A DNA stretch of 64,000 nt. Origin: an uncultured Candidatus Saccharibacteria bacterium. GTDB lineage: Bacteria > Patescibacteriota > Saccharimonadia > JAGOAT01 > CAYZIP01. Positions 20,434 to 32,300 of this stretch are shown piece after piece. The translations under genes and the position numbers were made by a program. Location: contig CAYZIP010000004.1 in NCBI GenBank assembly GCA_964478695.1, positions 401 to 64,400 on the forward strand, given 5' to 3'. How positions within the stretch are numbered: position 1 is the first letter of the stretch; the number at the start of each line of letters is the position of its first letter. The notes below the pieces were generated by a model. That model was not told where the DNA came from, did not search any database, and saw only the letters and a program-made list of their open reading frames with translations.

Positions 20434-20853
20434 TTATTCTCCTACTCCATGCTTAACTATAAACTTAGTCTTAACCGGTAGTTTATTAGCAGCCAGACGC
20501 ATAGCTTCTGCTGCTACTGATTGGGCGACCCCATCCAATTCAAACATGATAGTACCAGGTTTGACCTTGGCTACATAATGGCTAACAGCTCCCTTCCCAC
20601 TACCCATTCTTACTTCGGCTGGCTTGCTGGTGACTGGTGTATGTGGAAAAATTCTAATCCATATCTTTCCACCTCTTTTAATATATCTAGTCATAGCCCT
20701 ACGAGCAGATTCTATTTGTCTAGATGTAATTCTCTCTGCCTCCATTGACTTAAGAGCAAATTTACCAAAGCTAATTTCTTGGCCACGAGTAGCAAGACCT
20801 GTATTCTTACCTTTCATTTGTTTGCGATATTTCAGTTTTCTTGGTAATAACAT
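20434..20853 (-). CDS. rplP: 50S ribosomal protein uL16
   Basis: [28 protein letters not shown]. Confidence 0.98.
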   Translation of the reverse strand: MLLPRKLKYRKQMKGKNTGLATRGQEISFGKFALKSMEAERITSRQIESARRAMTRYIKRGGKIWIRIFPHTPVTSKPAEVRMGSGKGAVSHYVAKVKPGTIMFELDGVAQSVAAEAMRLAANKLPVKTKFIVKHGVGE

Positions 20854-20854
20854 A

Positions 20855-21475
20855 TTATTCTCCTAAATAAATCCAGACCTTAACACCAATAACCCCATAG
20901 GTGGTGCGAGCTTCGCTAGTGTCATAAGCTATATTGGCCTTAATGGTATGCAAAGGAATACTTCCTGCAGTTAGGCTCTCAGTTCTAGCCATTTCAGCTC
21001 CATTAAGACGGCCTGAAACCATGGCCTTTACTCCTAGCGCACCAGCCTTCATGGTAGTTTCCATAACTTGCTTTAACACTTTCTTAAAAGGCATTCTTTT
21101 TTCTAATTTTGCAGCCATAGTGTCGGCCACGATCTTAGGATCTAGGTCGTATTTTCTGACTTCTTCAATAGTAATCTTTATGCTTTGATCACTAAATTTA
21201 GATATTGCTTTTTTAATAGCATCAATTCCAGACCCTGATCGACCAATTACAACTCCTGGCCTAGCACTGTAAATAATAACCTCTATATGCTTCACTGATC
21301 TTTCGATCTCTATTCTAGAGACAGAAGCTTTTTGATTTAATATATTTAAAATACTTTCTCTTATCTTATAATCTACTAAGATATAGTCTTTCATGTCTTT
21401 ACCAGAAAACCAACGACTATGATAGTTCTGTCTAACTATTAATCTAAAAGCATTAGGGTTAACTTTTTGACCCAT
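20855..21475 (-). CDS. rpsC: 30S ribosomal protein uS3
   Basis: [37 protein letters not shown]. Confidence 0.98.
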   Translation of the reverse strand: MGQKVNPNAFRLIVRQNYHSRWFSGKDMKDYILVDYKIRESILNILNQKASVSRIEIERSVKHIEVIIYSARPGVVIGRSGSGIDAIKKAISKFSDQSIKITIEEVRKYDLDPKIVADTMAAKLEKRMPFKKVLKQVMETTMKAGALGVKAMVSGRLNGAEMARTESLTAGSIPLHTIKANIAYDTSEARTTYGVIGVKVWIYLGE

Positions 21476-21876
21476 TAATTACCACCTTTCTTGTTCTGAT
21501 CTTGAGCCTTATTCTTCTTGGTATTAGTATTGGTCTTTTGTACAAGAGCTAAGGTCACGGTTAAATGAGATCTACGAGAAACTAATTTTCTAACACTTCC
21601 ACGAGAAGCTGGTTTATATCTCTTAATCTTCATACCTTCATCTACTCTAATATCAGACACATATAAAGCATTGGGGTTCATTGAATAATTATGTAAGGCA
21701 TTAGACATAGCACTCTTTAACGTGGCTGCAACAATAATTGATGCTTTTTTATTAGTGCTAGATAGTATGTCAAAACATTCATTAACTAATTTTCCTCTTA
21801 CTAGAGTAATAACTAATCTTAACTTATAGGGTGAAATGTTGGCATTTCTTAGTACTGCTACGGCTTTTTTCTGCAT
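21475..21876 (-). CDS. rplV: 50S ribosomal protein uL22
   Basis: ISPYKLRLV, LKSAMSNA, VDEG, SHLTV; position after rpsS. Confidence 0.96.
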   Translation of the reverse strand: MQKKAVAVLRNANISPYKLRLVITLVRGKLVNECFDILSSTNKKASIIVAATLKSAMSNALHNYSMNPNALYVSDIRVDEGMKIKRYKPASRGSVRKLVSRRSHLTVTLALVQKTNTNTKKNKAQDQNKKGGN

Positions 21877-21878
21877 CT

Positions 21879-22157
21879 TTATCCTTTCTGTGCCTTAGCT
21901 AATTTACCACCATGCCCACGGAATTTACGGGTAGGAGAAAATTCGCCTAATTTATGTCCTACCATATTCTCTGTAATAAATACTGGAACATGTATTTTCC
22001 CATTATGAACTGCTATAGTTTTACCAACAAAATCTGGACTAATGGCTGAAGCCCTAGCCCAAGTTTTAATGATAGTACGATCGTCAGCTCCTAAATTAGA
22101 CACTTTCTTGGCCAATTTATAGTCAATATAAGGGCCTTTTTTGCTAGATCTACTCAT
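21879..22157 (-). CDS. rpsS: 30S ribosomal protein uS19
   Basis: [28 protein letters not shown]. Confidence 0.98.
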   Translation of the reverse strand: MSRSSKKGPYIDYKLAKKVSNLGADDRTIIKTWARASAISPDFVGKTIAVHNGKIHVPVFITENMVGHKLGEFSPTRKFRGHGGKLAKAQKG

Positions 22158-22161
22158 AGTT

Positions 22162-22992
22162 TTACCCCTTTCTCTTCCTTATTATGTACTTTTGACTAAC
22201 TTTATTATTTCTAGTTTTGCGACCTAAAGCTGGTAAACCTGATGGAGTTTTGGGATGTACTAAACCAATACTATTACTACCTTCACCACCACCATGAGGG
22301 TGATCAACGGGGTTCATGGCCTTACCTCTTACTTGCGGACGACGTCCCATCCTACGCTTTCTACCAGCACTACCAATACGTATATTAGAGTGATCAACAT
22401 TGCCAATACGACCCATGGTAGCAAAGCTTTCACAAGAGATTAATCTTACTTCTCCCGAAGGCAATTTAACCTGAGCATACTGTCCATCTTTAGCTACAAG
22501 CTGAGCCTTTGTTCCAGCAGACCTAACCATACAAGATCCTTTACCTGGAGTGATTTCAATATTACAAATAAAAGATCCTACAGGTATCCTAGATAATGGT
22601 AAACGATTTCCTTCTTTAATATCAGCCTTAGCTCCAAAACTAATATTTTGTCCTGGCTGATAGCTATCTACAGACAAGGTAAATGCTTTTTTGTTACTGC
22701 TGTCTTCAATCAAACTTAAATTAGCTGATCTATTTGGATCATAAACATTACCAATAATCTTATAATCTCCTTGATTAAGAGCAAAGTCTATAACTCTAAT
22801 CTTTCTTTTGGCCCCACCTCCACGGTGCCTAACAGTAATACGACCTTGATTATTACGACCAGCTTTCTGCTTTTTAGTAATTAGCAGAGATTTATAACTA
22901 CGTTTACTAATTCCTTTTGTAAGCTCGGTAAAGCTATTATAGCTTATGGCTCTCTGGGCGGATGTATTGGGTTTGACTACTCTAATTGGCAT
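22162..22992 (-). CDS. rplB: 50S ribosomal protein uL2
   Basis: [37 protein letters not shown]. Confidence 0.98.
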   Translation of the reverse strand: MPIRVVKPNTSAQRAISYNSFTELTKGISKRSYKSLLITKKQKAGRNNQGRITVRHRGGGAKRKIRVIDFALNQGDYKIIGNVYDPNRSANLSLIEDSSNKKAFTLSVDSYQPGQNISFGAKADIKEGNRLPLSRIPVGSFICNIEITPGKGSCMVRSAGTKAQLVAKDGQYAQVKLPSGEVRLISCESFATMGRIGNVDHSNIRIGSAGRKRRMGRRPQVRGKAMNPVDHPHGGGEGSNSIGLVHPKTPSGLPALGRKTRNNKVSQKYIIRKRKG

Positions 22993-23260
22993 TTTCTACC
23001 TCATATAAATCTATTTTCTGCCCAGGCATTAAAGAAACTATGTACTTGGTTTTTCTACTGGCGCTATAAGCTCTAGACTTAAATTTCTTACTCTTAGATG
23101 GCAGATTAACAACTCTAACACTGGTTACTTTTACTTTATAAGTCTGATCAATATATTTAGCGACCTCTATTTTGTTAGTAGGAGTAATGCTATGAAAGAC
23201 ATATTGATGCTTTTCGCTCATAGCAAAAGACTTTTCTGTAACTACTGGCACTAATTTCAT
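22982..23260 (-). CDS. rplW: 50S ribosomal protein uL23
   Basis: PVVTEKS, NKIEV; position between rplD and rplB. Confidence 0.94.
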   Translation of the reverse strand: MKLVPVVTEKSFAMSEKHQYVFHSITPTNKIEVAKYIDQTYKVKVTSVRVVNLPSKSKKFKSRAYSASRKTKYIVSLMPGQKIDLYEVENAN

Positions 23261-23874
23261 TATTTGCCTCCCTTCTCTGTCTTTAATATTTTCTTAAGAT
23301 TATCTAACAAAGAATGAGAGCAAATAATAGTATTGCTACTCACAATGTCGGCTGCATTTAAATCCTGCCATGTAACAATATTAATTGTAGATAAGTTCAT
23401 ATATCCATTCAGATTAATTTTATCTGCATTATCAATGACAATCATTAAACGTCTTTTCAGGTCAGCTCCTAATGCCAAAACATTAGATAAAGCCATTTTA
23501 GTTGTTTGAGCCTCTAGTGAGTCACTTACAATAATATCTTCTGATTTTAAGATAATAGCCCTAGATAAGGCTACTTTCTTGCTAGTTTTAGATAAGGATA
23601 ATTTATAATTTCGTTCTGCTCTTGGTCCGAAGACAACACTACCGTGTCTCCATATTGGGTTACGAGCATAGCCTACTCTAGCTCTACCTGTTCCTTTTTG
23701 TTTCCATGGTTTTTTATTAGTTCCACTAACTTCACCTTTAGTCAGGGTATTAGAATGACTATGCCTTCTGTTAAAGGTAAAAACTCTTAATGCCTGGTGC
23801 AATATATGATCGGAGGTTGTGATATCATTGTCAACCTTGATGTTGCTAGTTTTATTGTCAACAATGATTTTCAT
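23260..23874 (-). CDS. rplD: 50S ribosomal protein uL4
   Basis: GEVSG, KPWKQKGTGRAR, FGP. Confidence 0.97.
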   Translation of the reverse strand: MKIIVDNKTSNIKVDNDITTSDHILHQALRVFTFNRRHSHSNTLTKGEVSGTNKKPWKQKGTGRARVGYARNPIWRHGSVVFGPRAERNYKLSLSKTSKKVALSRAIILKSEDIIVSDSLEAQTTKMALSNVLALGADLKRRLMIVIDNADKINLNGYMNLSTINIVTWQDLNAADIVSSNTIICSHSLLDNLKKILKTEKGGK

Positions 23875-23875
23875 A

Positions 23876-24436
23876 TTATCCCATCCTTTGTATTTTAACT
23901 ATAGATTTATTAGCTCCTGGGATTGGGCCATCTAGAATAATAAGATTATCATTAATATCAATGTCTGCTACTGCAATATTTTTAAGAGTAATAGTATCTC
24001 CACCCATTTGTCCAGCCATTTTTTTTCCTTTAAAAACATGCTCTGGATACATAGCTCCTATAGAACCAGGGGCTCTATAGTTATGACTACCATGAGTTTT
24101 AGGCCCTCTTTTAAAATTATGTCTTTTGATAGTTCCAGCAAATCCTTTACCTTTTGAAGTAGAAGTGATTAACATCTTATCATTAACATTAAAGTTTTTT
24201 AGATCCAAATTACTACCAACACTATAGCTATCATCTATTAATCTAAACTCTGTTTGTTTCTTATTGCGACTAGAAAAATCATATTCCACAACAATAGCAT
24301 CATAACCATCACTAGATATATTCTTGATCCTACTAACGCTAGCTTTTAATGCCTGTAAAACAGTAACGGCTTTAGCATCACCGCTCTCTGTGATAATAGT
24401 GGTCATTCCTAATTTTCTTGCTAATATGATACTCAT
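23876..24436 (-). CDS. rplC: 50S ribosomal protein uL3 (start refined to the ATG at 24436 after an AAGAGG SD)
   Basis: KLGMT, SKGKGFAGTIKRHNF, THGSHNYRAPGSIG, KGKKMAG. Confidence 0.97.
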   Translation of the reverse strand: MSIILARKLGMTTIITESGDAKAVTVLQALKASVSRIKNISSDGYDAIVVEYDFSSRNKKQTEFRLIDDSYSVGSNLDLKNFNVNDKMLITSTSKGKGFAGTIKRHNFKRGPKTHGSHNYRAPGSIGAMYPEHVFKGKKMAGQMGGDTITLKNIAVADIDINDNLIILDGPIPGANKSIVKIQRMG

Positions 24437-24461
24437 TTTTCCTCTTTTTGATATGCTACGC

Positions 24462-24583
24462 AAAAAAAAGACGAAGCAACAGTTTCTTCTTAAGAAAGTT
24501 TAAGAAGACTTGTCTTTATACTAGCTTCTGTCTTTTAATATTACTTCTCTAAAATTATACTAGATCAAAGTTCTCTCTGTCAA
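24462..24583 (-). promoter_or_regulatory. Internal promoter plus structured leader with U8 tract upstream of rplC
   Basis: TTGACA-N18-TATAAT (24583-24554), nested stems AAAAGAC/GTCTTTT, GAAGC/GCTTC, TCTTCTTAA/TTAAGAAGA, then T-tract. Confidence 0.6.
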
Positions 24584-24611
24584 TAAGAGATTAGTAGTAA
24601 AGAAATATAAC

Positions 24612-24929
24612 CTACATCTTCAGTACTATGTCGACCCCAGCTGGTAAGTTAAGATTCATGAGAGAATCAATTGTCTTCTGAGTAGGGTTAACTATATCAA
24701 CCAATCTTTTATGAATCTTAAGTTCATAATGCTCCTGAGCATCCTTATGCTTATGAGGAGATTTTATAACACTCAGTCTTGTCTTTTGAGTAGGCAATGG
24801 GACTGGGCCCAATACGCTGGCTCCAGTCCTAAAAGCAGTATCCAAAAGCTGTTTAGTGGATTGGTCTAATATCTTAGAATCATAAGCTTTTAGCTTGATT
24901 CTAATTCGTTGGGTATTGCTGCTACTCAT
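24612..24929 (-). CDS. rpsJ: 30S ribosomal protein uS10
   Basis: RIRIKLKAYD, GPVPLPT, SPHKHKD, HKRLVDI, LPAGVDI. Confidence 0.98.
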   Translation of the reverse strand: MSSSNTQRIRIKLKAYDSKILDQSTKQLLDTAFRTGASVLGPVPLPTQKTRLSVIKSPHKHKDAQEHYELKIHKRLVDIVNPTQKTIDSLMNLNLPAGVDIVLKM

Positions 24930-24952
24930 AATTTGATATATCTTTCTATAGT

Positions 24953-26128
24953 TTATTTAGATATTTTAGTAACTATACCAGATCCAACAGTCTTGCCTCC
25001 TTCGCGAATGGCAAATCTTAAGCCTTCATCCATGGCGATGGGAGCAATTAACTTAACGTTAATCTTAATATTATCTCCTGGCATAACCATTTCTACTCCT
25101 TCAGGTAATATAACCTCACCAGTTACATCGGTGGTACGGAAATAGAACTGTGGTTTATATCCCTTGATAAATGGTGTATGACGTCCACCTTCTTCTTTTT
25201 TCAGAACATAGACTTCTGCCTCAAATTCAGTATGAGGAGTAATAGTACCAGGCTTAGCCAATACTTGTCCTCTTTCAATTTGGTCACGCTCAATACCACG
25301 TAACAAGACTCCAACATTGTCTCCAGCTTGTCCTTGGTCTAGCATCTTTCTAAACATTTCTACTCCAGTCACAATACATTTTTGAGTATCTTTAATTCCA
25401 ACGATTTCTACTTCTTCGTTGACCTTAACTATTCCTCTTTCTACTCTACCGGTAGCAACGGTACCACGACCCTTGATACTGAATACATCTTCAACAGGCA
25501 TTAAGAATGGCTTGTCTATATCACGAACTGGCTCTGTAATGTAATCATCCATAGCTTTCACTAATTCTCTTATGTTCTCTTCATAGGCAGAATCACCTTC
25601 TAAGGCCTTAAGAGCAGAACCACGGATAATAGGAGCATCATCTCCTGGGAAGCCGTATTTACTTAGTAATTCTCTAATCTCTAATTCTACTAAGTCAACC
25701 AATTCAGGGTCGGCCATATCCATTTTATTTAGAAAAACAAGTACTTGCTTTACTCCAACCTGACTAGCCAACAGTATATGCTCTCTAGTTTGAGGCATAG
25801 GACCATCTGCAGCAGAACATACTAGAATAGCAGCATCCATTTGAGCGGCTCCGGTAATCATATTTTTTACATAGTCAGCATGACCTGGACAGTCAACATG
25901 GGCATAGTGATACTTGTCAGATTGATATTCTTGATGAGAAGTAGCAATGGTAATACCACGAGCTTTTTCTTCTGGAGCATTATCAATCATGTCATAGCTA
26001 CGAGCTTCTGCCTTTCCTTCTTTGGCTAATACGCTAGTGATAGCAGCAGTTAAAGTTGTCTTTCCGTGATCAACATGACCAATAGTTCCGACGTTTACAT
26101 GCGGCTTGCTTCTATCAAAGTTAGTCAT
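24953..26128 (-). CDS. tuf: Elongation factor Tu
   Basis: [38 protein letters not shown]. Confidence 0.99.
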   Translation of the reverse strand: MTNFDRSKPHVNVGTIGHVDHGKTTLTAAITSVLAKEGKAEARSYDMIDNAPEEKARGITIATSHQEYQSDKYHYAHVDCPGHADYVKNMITGAAQMDAAILVCSAADGPMPQTREHILLASQVGVKQVLVFLNKMDMADPELVDLVELEIRELLSKYGFPGDDAPIIRGSALKALEGDSAYEENIRELVKAMDDYITEPVRDIDKPFLMPVEDVFSIKGRGTVATGRVERGIVKVNEEVEIVGIKDTQKCIVTGVEMFRKMLDQGQAGDNVGVLLRGIERDQIERGQVLAKPGTITPHTEFEAEVYVLKKEEGGRHTPFIKGYKPQFYFRTTDVTGEVILPEGVEMVMPGDNIKINVKLIAPIAMDEGLRFAIREGGKTVGSGIVTKISK

Positions 26129-26176
26129 CTATCTTATCTCCTTTTAAATTTATTAAAAAACTAATTGCTTTTATTA

Positions 26177-26206
26177 ATTATACTCAATCATATATCCATA
26201 AGTCAA
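26177..26206 (-). promoter_or_regulatory. Putative dedicated tuf promoter
   Basis: TTGACT-N18-TATAAT in the fusA-tuf gap; AAGGAG SD downstream. Confidence 0.65.
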
Positions 26207-26215
26207 AGCTTTGAA

Positions 26216-28291
26216 CTATGATCCTTTACTGCCAACTAACTGAGTTGCTACTTGGCTGGGCACTTCATTATAGTGATCAAACTCCATAGAGTAAGATGCT
26301 CTACCTTGTGTCATAGACCTTAAGCTGGTGGCATAACCAAACATTTCAGCCAAAGGTACAAAGGCCCTAATGGCCTTAGCTCCACTACGATCTTCTATCT
26401 CGTCAATTCTACCTCTTTTTGAGTTTAAATCACCAATGACATCACCCATAAAATCTTCTGGAACTATAACCTCTACCTTGGATATGGGCTCTAAAATCAC
26501 GGGACTGGCTTTCTTCACACCATCTTGCAAAGCCATAGAGCCAGCTATTTTAAAAGCCATTTCAGAAGAGTCTACTTCATGAAAGCTACCGTCAAATATT
26601 CTGGCCTTAATGTCTACCACTGGATAGCCAGCAATGACTCCACTTTTCATGGCTTCTTTAATGCCATTCTCAATAGGAGTAATATACTCCTTTGGAATAG
26701 ATCCCCCCACAATATTATTCACAAACTCAAATCCTTTGCCACTCTCTAGAGGAGAAACCTCCATTACTACATGTCCATACTGCCCACGTCCACCAGATTG
26801 TCGTACAAATTTACCTTCAGCTTCAACTGTCTTTTTGATGGTCTCTTTATAGGCTACTTGTGGCTTACCAATATTAGCTTCCACCTTAAATTCACGCTTC
26901 ATTCTGTCTACTAATACCTCTAAATGCAATTCTCCCATCCCTGAAATAATGGTTTGGCCAGTCTCTTCATCTGTACGTACTATAAATGTAGGATCTTCTT
27001 CTGACAATCTACTCAAGGCTAAGCTCATTTTTTCTTGATCAGCCTTAGTTTTAGGCTCAATAGCAATAGAAATAACTGGCTCAGGGAATGTAATAGATTC
27101 TAATATGACAGAATCGCCAACATCACACAAAGTATGTCCAGTCATAGTTCCTTTTAGCCCAACAGCCGCAGCTATTTCTCCAGAATAAACTTCAGATACT
27201 TCTTCTCTCTCATTGGCATGCATTCTTAATATTCTTCCAACACGCTCTTTTTCACCGGTAGAGCTATTTACTATATAGGATCCAGATTTTAGAACTCCAG
27301 AGTATACTCGAATAAAAATCAATTTTCCTACAAATGGGTCTGTGGCCACCTTAAAAGCTAAAGCTCGGAAAGGGGCTGAGTCTGATACTTCGCACACAAC
27401 TTCTTCACCAGTTTTGAGATTAATACCTTTAGCAGGCTCAATGTCTAGAGGGCTAGGTAAATAATCATTAACAGCATCAAGCATTTGCTGTATTCCTTTA
27501 TTTTTTAAAGCACTTCCAGTAAATACTGGATAAAGCTGTCCATTAATAACAGCCTGACGTAGAGCAGCCTTTAGCTCAGTAGTGCTAATGTCTTCTCCAT
27601 TCAAATATTTTTCTGTTAGAATGTCATCTGTTTCTGATATTCTCTCTATAAGTTTATCCCGATATGAACTAACTTCATCTTGCATATTAGCCGGGACTTC
27701 TTGTTCTTCTGATACCTTGCCTAAATCATCCATAAAGATAATAGCTTTATTTTCTATCAAATCTACTACTCCTTGGAATTCAGATTCTTTGCCAATAGGT
27801 AGTTGAGCTATTACATAATTCTTTGTTAATCTAGACTCTATACTTTCAACATCTTTATAGAAATCAGCCCCAGTCCTATCCATTTTATTAATAAAACAAA
27901 TCCTGGGAACATTATATTTATCAGCTTGACGCCATACTGTTTCTGATTGTGGCTCTACTCCAGCGACACCATCAAAGATAACAACACCACCATCTAGTAC
28001 CCTTAAACTTCTTTCTACTTCTACCGTAAAGTCTACGTGACCAGGAGTATCAATTATATTAAATCTCTTACCCTTCCAAAAACACGTAGTAGCAGCCGAG
28101 GTGATAGTAATGCCTCTTTCCTGTTCTTGCTCCATCCAGTCCATGGTCGCTTCACCTTCATGAACCTCTCCAATTTTATGCGTTTTACCAGTATAAAACA
28201 GGACCCTTTCTGTTACAGTTGTTTTACCAGCATCAATATGGGCTATGATACCAATATTTCTTGTATTTTCTAATGAATATTCTCTTGCCAC
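26216..28291 (-). CDS. fusA: Elongation factor G (GTG start)
   Basis: [41 protein letters not shown]. Confidence 0.99.
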   Translation of the reverse strand: MAREYSLENTRNIGIIAHIDAGKTTVTERVLFYTGKTHKIGEVHEGEATMDWMEQEQERGITITSAATTCFWKGKRFNIIDTPGHVDFTVEVERSLRVLDGGVVIFDGVAGVEPQSETVWRQADKYNVPRICFINKMDRTGADFYKDVESIESRLTKNYVIAQLPIGKESEFQGVVDLIENKAIIFMDDLGKVSEEQEVPANMQDEVSSYRDKLIERISETDDILTEKYLNGEDISTTELKAALRQAVINGQLYPVFTGSALKNKGIQQMLDAVNDYLPSPLDIEPAKGINLKTGEEVVCEVSDSAPFRALAFKVATDPFVGKLIFIRVYSGVLKSGSYIVNSSTGEKERVGRILRMHANEREEVSEVYSGEIAAAVGLKGTMTGHTLCDVGDSVILESITFPEPVISIAIEPKTKADQEKMSLALSRLSEEDPTFIVRTDEETGQTIISGMGELHLEVLVDRMKREFKVEANIGKPQVAYKETIKKTVEAEGKFVRQSGGRGQYGHVVMEVSPLESGKGFEFVNNIVGGSIPKEYITPIENGIKEAMKSGVIAGYPVVDIKARIFDGSFHEVDSSEMAFKIAGSMALQDGVKKASPVILEPISKVEVIVPEDFMGDVIGDLNSKRGRIDEIEDRSGAKAIRAFVPLAEMFGYATSLRSMTQGRASYSMEFDHYNEVPSQVATQLVGSKGS

Positions 28292-28378
28292 TTTATGATA
28301 CCTTTAAACCCTTTCTTACTTAAATTTCAAATCTACTTTTATACTAAAACAAAAGCTATATTAGCCTATTAAGAACTC

Positions 28379-28855
28379 CTAGAAACGAGCAAAATGAGCA
28401 AAAGCCTTATTGGCTTCAGCCATATTGTGTGTGTCTTGCTTTTTCTTAACAGCCTCACCAGTATTATTATAGGCAGCTATTAATTCGTCAGCTAAACGCA
28501 CATCAAATGAACTACCTTGTTTGGCCCTAGCGGCATTAATCAGCCAGAATAAGGCCAAGTGATACTTGCGGTCCAGGCGTACTTCTATGGGGACTTGGTA
28601 GTTAGCTCCTCCAATTCTTTTTCCTTTTACTTCTACGCTAGGATAAACATTGTCTAGTGCTTGCTCCAAAACCTGTAAAGGGGTGATTCCTACTTTTTGG
28701 GAAGCCCTATCCATGGCCTTATATACCAATGTTTCAGCCAATCTTTTTTTACCATTCTTCATAACTTTATTCACTAATCTAGTGACTAAAATACTATTAT
28801 GTAGTCTATCTGGGGGTAATTCTCTTCGTAGAGATTTTGTCTTTTTTCTAGGCAT
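28379..28855 (-). CDS. rpsG: 30S ribosomal protein uS7
   Basis: KNGKK, RIGGANYQVP, MAEANKAFAHF. Confidence 0.98.
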   Translation of the reverse strand: MPRKKTKSLRRELPPDRLHNSILVTRLVNKVMKNGKKRLAETLVYKAMDRASQKVGITPLQVLEQALDNVYPSVEVKGKRIGGANYQVPIEVRLDRKYHLALFWLINAARAKQGSSFDVRLADELIAAYNNTGEAVKKKQDTHNMAEANKAFAHFARF

Positions 28856-29280
28856 TATTTATCTCCCCCGGCACTAGGCTTTTTAGTACCATATTTACTT
28901 CTAGCCTGTCTTCTTTTATCTACACCAGCTGTATCTAGGTTACCTCGAACTATATGATAACGTACACCAGGCAAATCTTTCACTCTACCTCCACGAATCA
29001 AAACCACAGAGTGTTCTTGCAAGTTATGCCCTTCACCAGGGATATAAGCAGTTACTTCAGTCCCATTGGTAAGCCTAACCCTAGCCACTTTACGCAAAGC
29101 TGAGTTTGGCTTCTTGGGGGTTTGGGTTTTTACTTTAACACAAACACCTCTTTTTAAAGGAGCAGGAGCAAAATAACTACGACCCTTAATGGAATTCATG
29201 ATATTCATCATGGCAGGAGCTTTAGACTTCTTCTTGGTCCTAGATCTACTGTTTCTAACTAATTGATTTATTGTTGGCAT
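28855..29280 (-). CDS. rpsL: 30S ribosomal protein uS12
   Basis: [30 protein letters not shown]. Confidence 0.99.
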   Translation of the reverse strand: MPTINQLVRNSRSRTKKKSKAPAMMNIMNSIKGRSYFAPAPLKRGVCVKVKTQTPKKPNSALRKVARVRLTNGTEVTAYIPGEGHNLQEHSVVLIRGGRVKDLPGVRYHIVRGNLDTAGVDKRRQARSKYGTKKPSAGGDK

Positions 29281-29290
29281 ATTAAACTCT

Positions 29291-29320
29291 ATATTATCAA
29301 ATTATTCTACTATTGGTCAA
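29291..29320 (-). promoter_or_regulatory. Putative str-operon promoter overlapping the rpoC stop
   Basis: TTGACC-N18-(TG)TAATAT, 10 nt before the rpsL ATG, no SD. Confidence 0.45.
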
Positions 29321-32300
29321 TGCCAGAAGTGTCATTCATACTATTATCATCCCCACTAGGATTGGCATGTAAGCCTGTTCCAGCAGGTATTAACTGTCCA
29401 ATGATCACATTCTCTTTTAGTCCTCTTAAGTAGTCGACTCTACCGTTAAGACTAGAATTAATTAGAACCTTAGTAGTCTCCTGGAAGCTAGCTGCGGCCA
29501 ACCATGAATCTGAAGATACTGATATGCGTGAAATTGGCATTAGTAGTAGCTCTCCTGTTGGCTTTTCTTTTTTATCTTTATCGGCCTGTTCAACTGCATC
29601 TTGAAAAGTCTTAATAGATACTATTTCACCAGTGACCAATTTACTATCTCCCACATCAGTTACTCTAATTCTAGAAAACATTCTTCTGATAATTAGCTCA
29701 ATATGTTTAGAGTTAATACGTTCCCCTTGAGAGAAGTAAATAGCTTGTATTTCTCTAATTACATATCTTTGTACAGCTTCTTTATTTTTTAGACGCATTA
29801 AGTCCTGGAGATTGAGTGATCCTTCTGTAAGTTGATCTCCAATGCTAACTTTCTGGCCATCATTTATTAATAGTTTCTTGTTTTTAGCCACAGTGTATTC
29901 CACAGCTCTGAACCCAGCTGTTAGAAAATCTATTCTATCACTTAAAACCTGAACTCTAGCATCTACGCTAGCGAAGATCTTTTCTTTTCCTCGAGATATA
30001 ACCACTGCCCCAGCTTTAATTTCAGCTCCGTTTTTTGCTTTGACTTTATCACCTTCCTGCAAGACAATACTGTCAATAATACTAGATTCTGTCTCTATCC
30101 TAACTGTACTACCAGCATCTCCTTCCACGATGGTGGCTGTGCCATTAATATCAGCCAGAAGAGCTTCTCCCTTAGGATTACGTACTTCGAATATCTCTTC
30201 TACACGAGGCAATCCTTGGGTAATATCTTCCATGAATACTCCACCACTATGGATTGTACGCATGGTTAGCTGTGTTCCGGGCTCCCCAATCGACTGAGCG
30301 GCAATAATGCCAACTGGTTCCCCAACCTTAACAACAGCTCCTCGAGCCAAATCAATACCATAACAATTAGCACATATACCTTCTTTGAGTTTACAGGATA
30401 AGATACTACGAATATTAAATGACTCTTCTTGATCCTCTATGGCCTTAGCCTGTTTCGCACTAATTATATCTCCTTTTTTAACAATACCAGCCAAATCTTG
30501 GGCTGCCATACGTCCCTCTATCCACTGCATGAATTTACTCTCTCCGGATATTATAGTGTCAGCTTTGTTGATACTATAACCTTGATCGTCTCCACAGTCT
30601 TGGGTTTTAATGACTTGGTCTTGAGCTACATCTACTAGCTTTCTGGTCATATATCCAGACTCTGCTGTTCTTAAGGCCGTATCTACTAATCCTTTTCGAG
30701 CACCGTGACAAGATACAAAATATTCTAAGCTATTTAAACCAGTCTTATAATTAGACTTAATGGGTAATTCTACCACCCCACCACTAGAGTCGGTAATCAT
30801 ACCGATCATACCAGATATTTGATTTATTTGATTAAAATTACCTTTTGATCCAGATCCGACAAATTTTGATAAAGCATTTTGATTAACTGTATCTTGGAAC
30901 AAAGTTTTTAGTTCTTTTTCTACTTTCTTAACGGCTTCTTGCCAATAAGCAACTACTCTATTGTGCTTTTCCTCACTACTAATTAAACCTTGTTCAAACA
31001 AATCATCTAAAGCCACTACTTGCTTTTCAGCCTCTCCTATATATTGACGATGAGAGGTGGTATAATCCATATCTCCCATAGAAATAGAAAGGCCAGAAAT
31101 AGAGGCATAGTGAAATCCTAGATCTTTAATATTATCAGCCACTCTGGCCGTAGTATCGCTATCTGAGCTTTCATGTACTTGAGCTAAAACTTCTTTTTGA
31201 GCAGCTTTACCTAATTCACGATTGACAAAACCAATCTCTGGAGGCAAAATTTGATTAAATATAATTCTACCTACAGTAGTTTCTACAATTTCTCCATCAA
31301 TTAAGATTTTTATTAAGCTTCCTAAAGCAACTTCTTCTAGGTCATGAGCTATAATAGCCTGCTCAGCATTGGCAAAATATTTACCCTCTCCTTTTGATCC
31401 TTTGGTAACAGTAGTTAAGAAGTAAATCCCAATCACAATGTCATTAGACGGGCTAATAATAGGATCTCCACTGGCTGGCTTCAATAAATTATGCTTGGAA
31501 AGTAATATATTTTCTGCCTCCCACTGGCTGGCAGCAGACAAAGGAAGATGTACTGCAGCTGTATCTCCATCAAAGTCAGCATTAAAAGCAGCACAAATCA
31601 ATGGATGTAAACGTATGGCCTTACCTTCCACTAAAATTGGCTTAAAGGCCTGAATACCCAAGCGGTGCAAGGTAGGAGCACGGTTTAGTAGTACATATTT
31701 ACCCTTAATCACTTCCTCTAAAGCATCCCATATTTCTGTATAGCCCACCTCTATCATACGATTGGCACTACGTACATTATGAGTAATTCCATCACTAATT
31801 AGCTTGCCCACTACAAATGGTCTGAATAGTTCCATGGCCATGGTTTTGGGAAGTCCACATTGATCTATTCTTAGGTCTGGTCCAACTACTATCACTGAAC
31901 GACCAGAATAATCTACTCTTTTACCTAATAGATTTTGTCTAAATCTACCCTTTTTACCTTTTAGTAAGTCAGTTAGACTATTGTATCTCTTACGTGCCGA
32001 AGCAGCTGTATTCATTTTTTCTCGACGAGCATTATTGTCGATTAAAGCATCTACAGCTTCTTGCAACATTCTTTTTTCATTACGACAGATTACTTCTGGA
32101 GCGTCTAATTCTTTTAATCGTTTTAAACGATTATTTCTATTGATAACTCTACGATATAAATCATTAAGATCACTAGTGGCAAATCTTCCACCATCTAGCT
32201 GCACCATAGGTCTTAGATCTGGTGGGATAACAGGCAAGCTGTGAATAATCATCCACTCTGGCTTGATATTAGCCAGCCCTAGTCCCTCAAATAATCTTAA

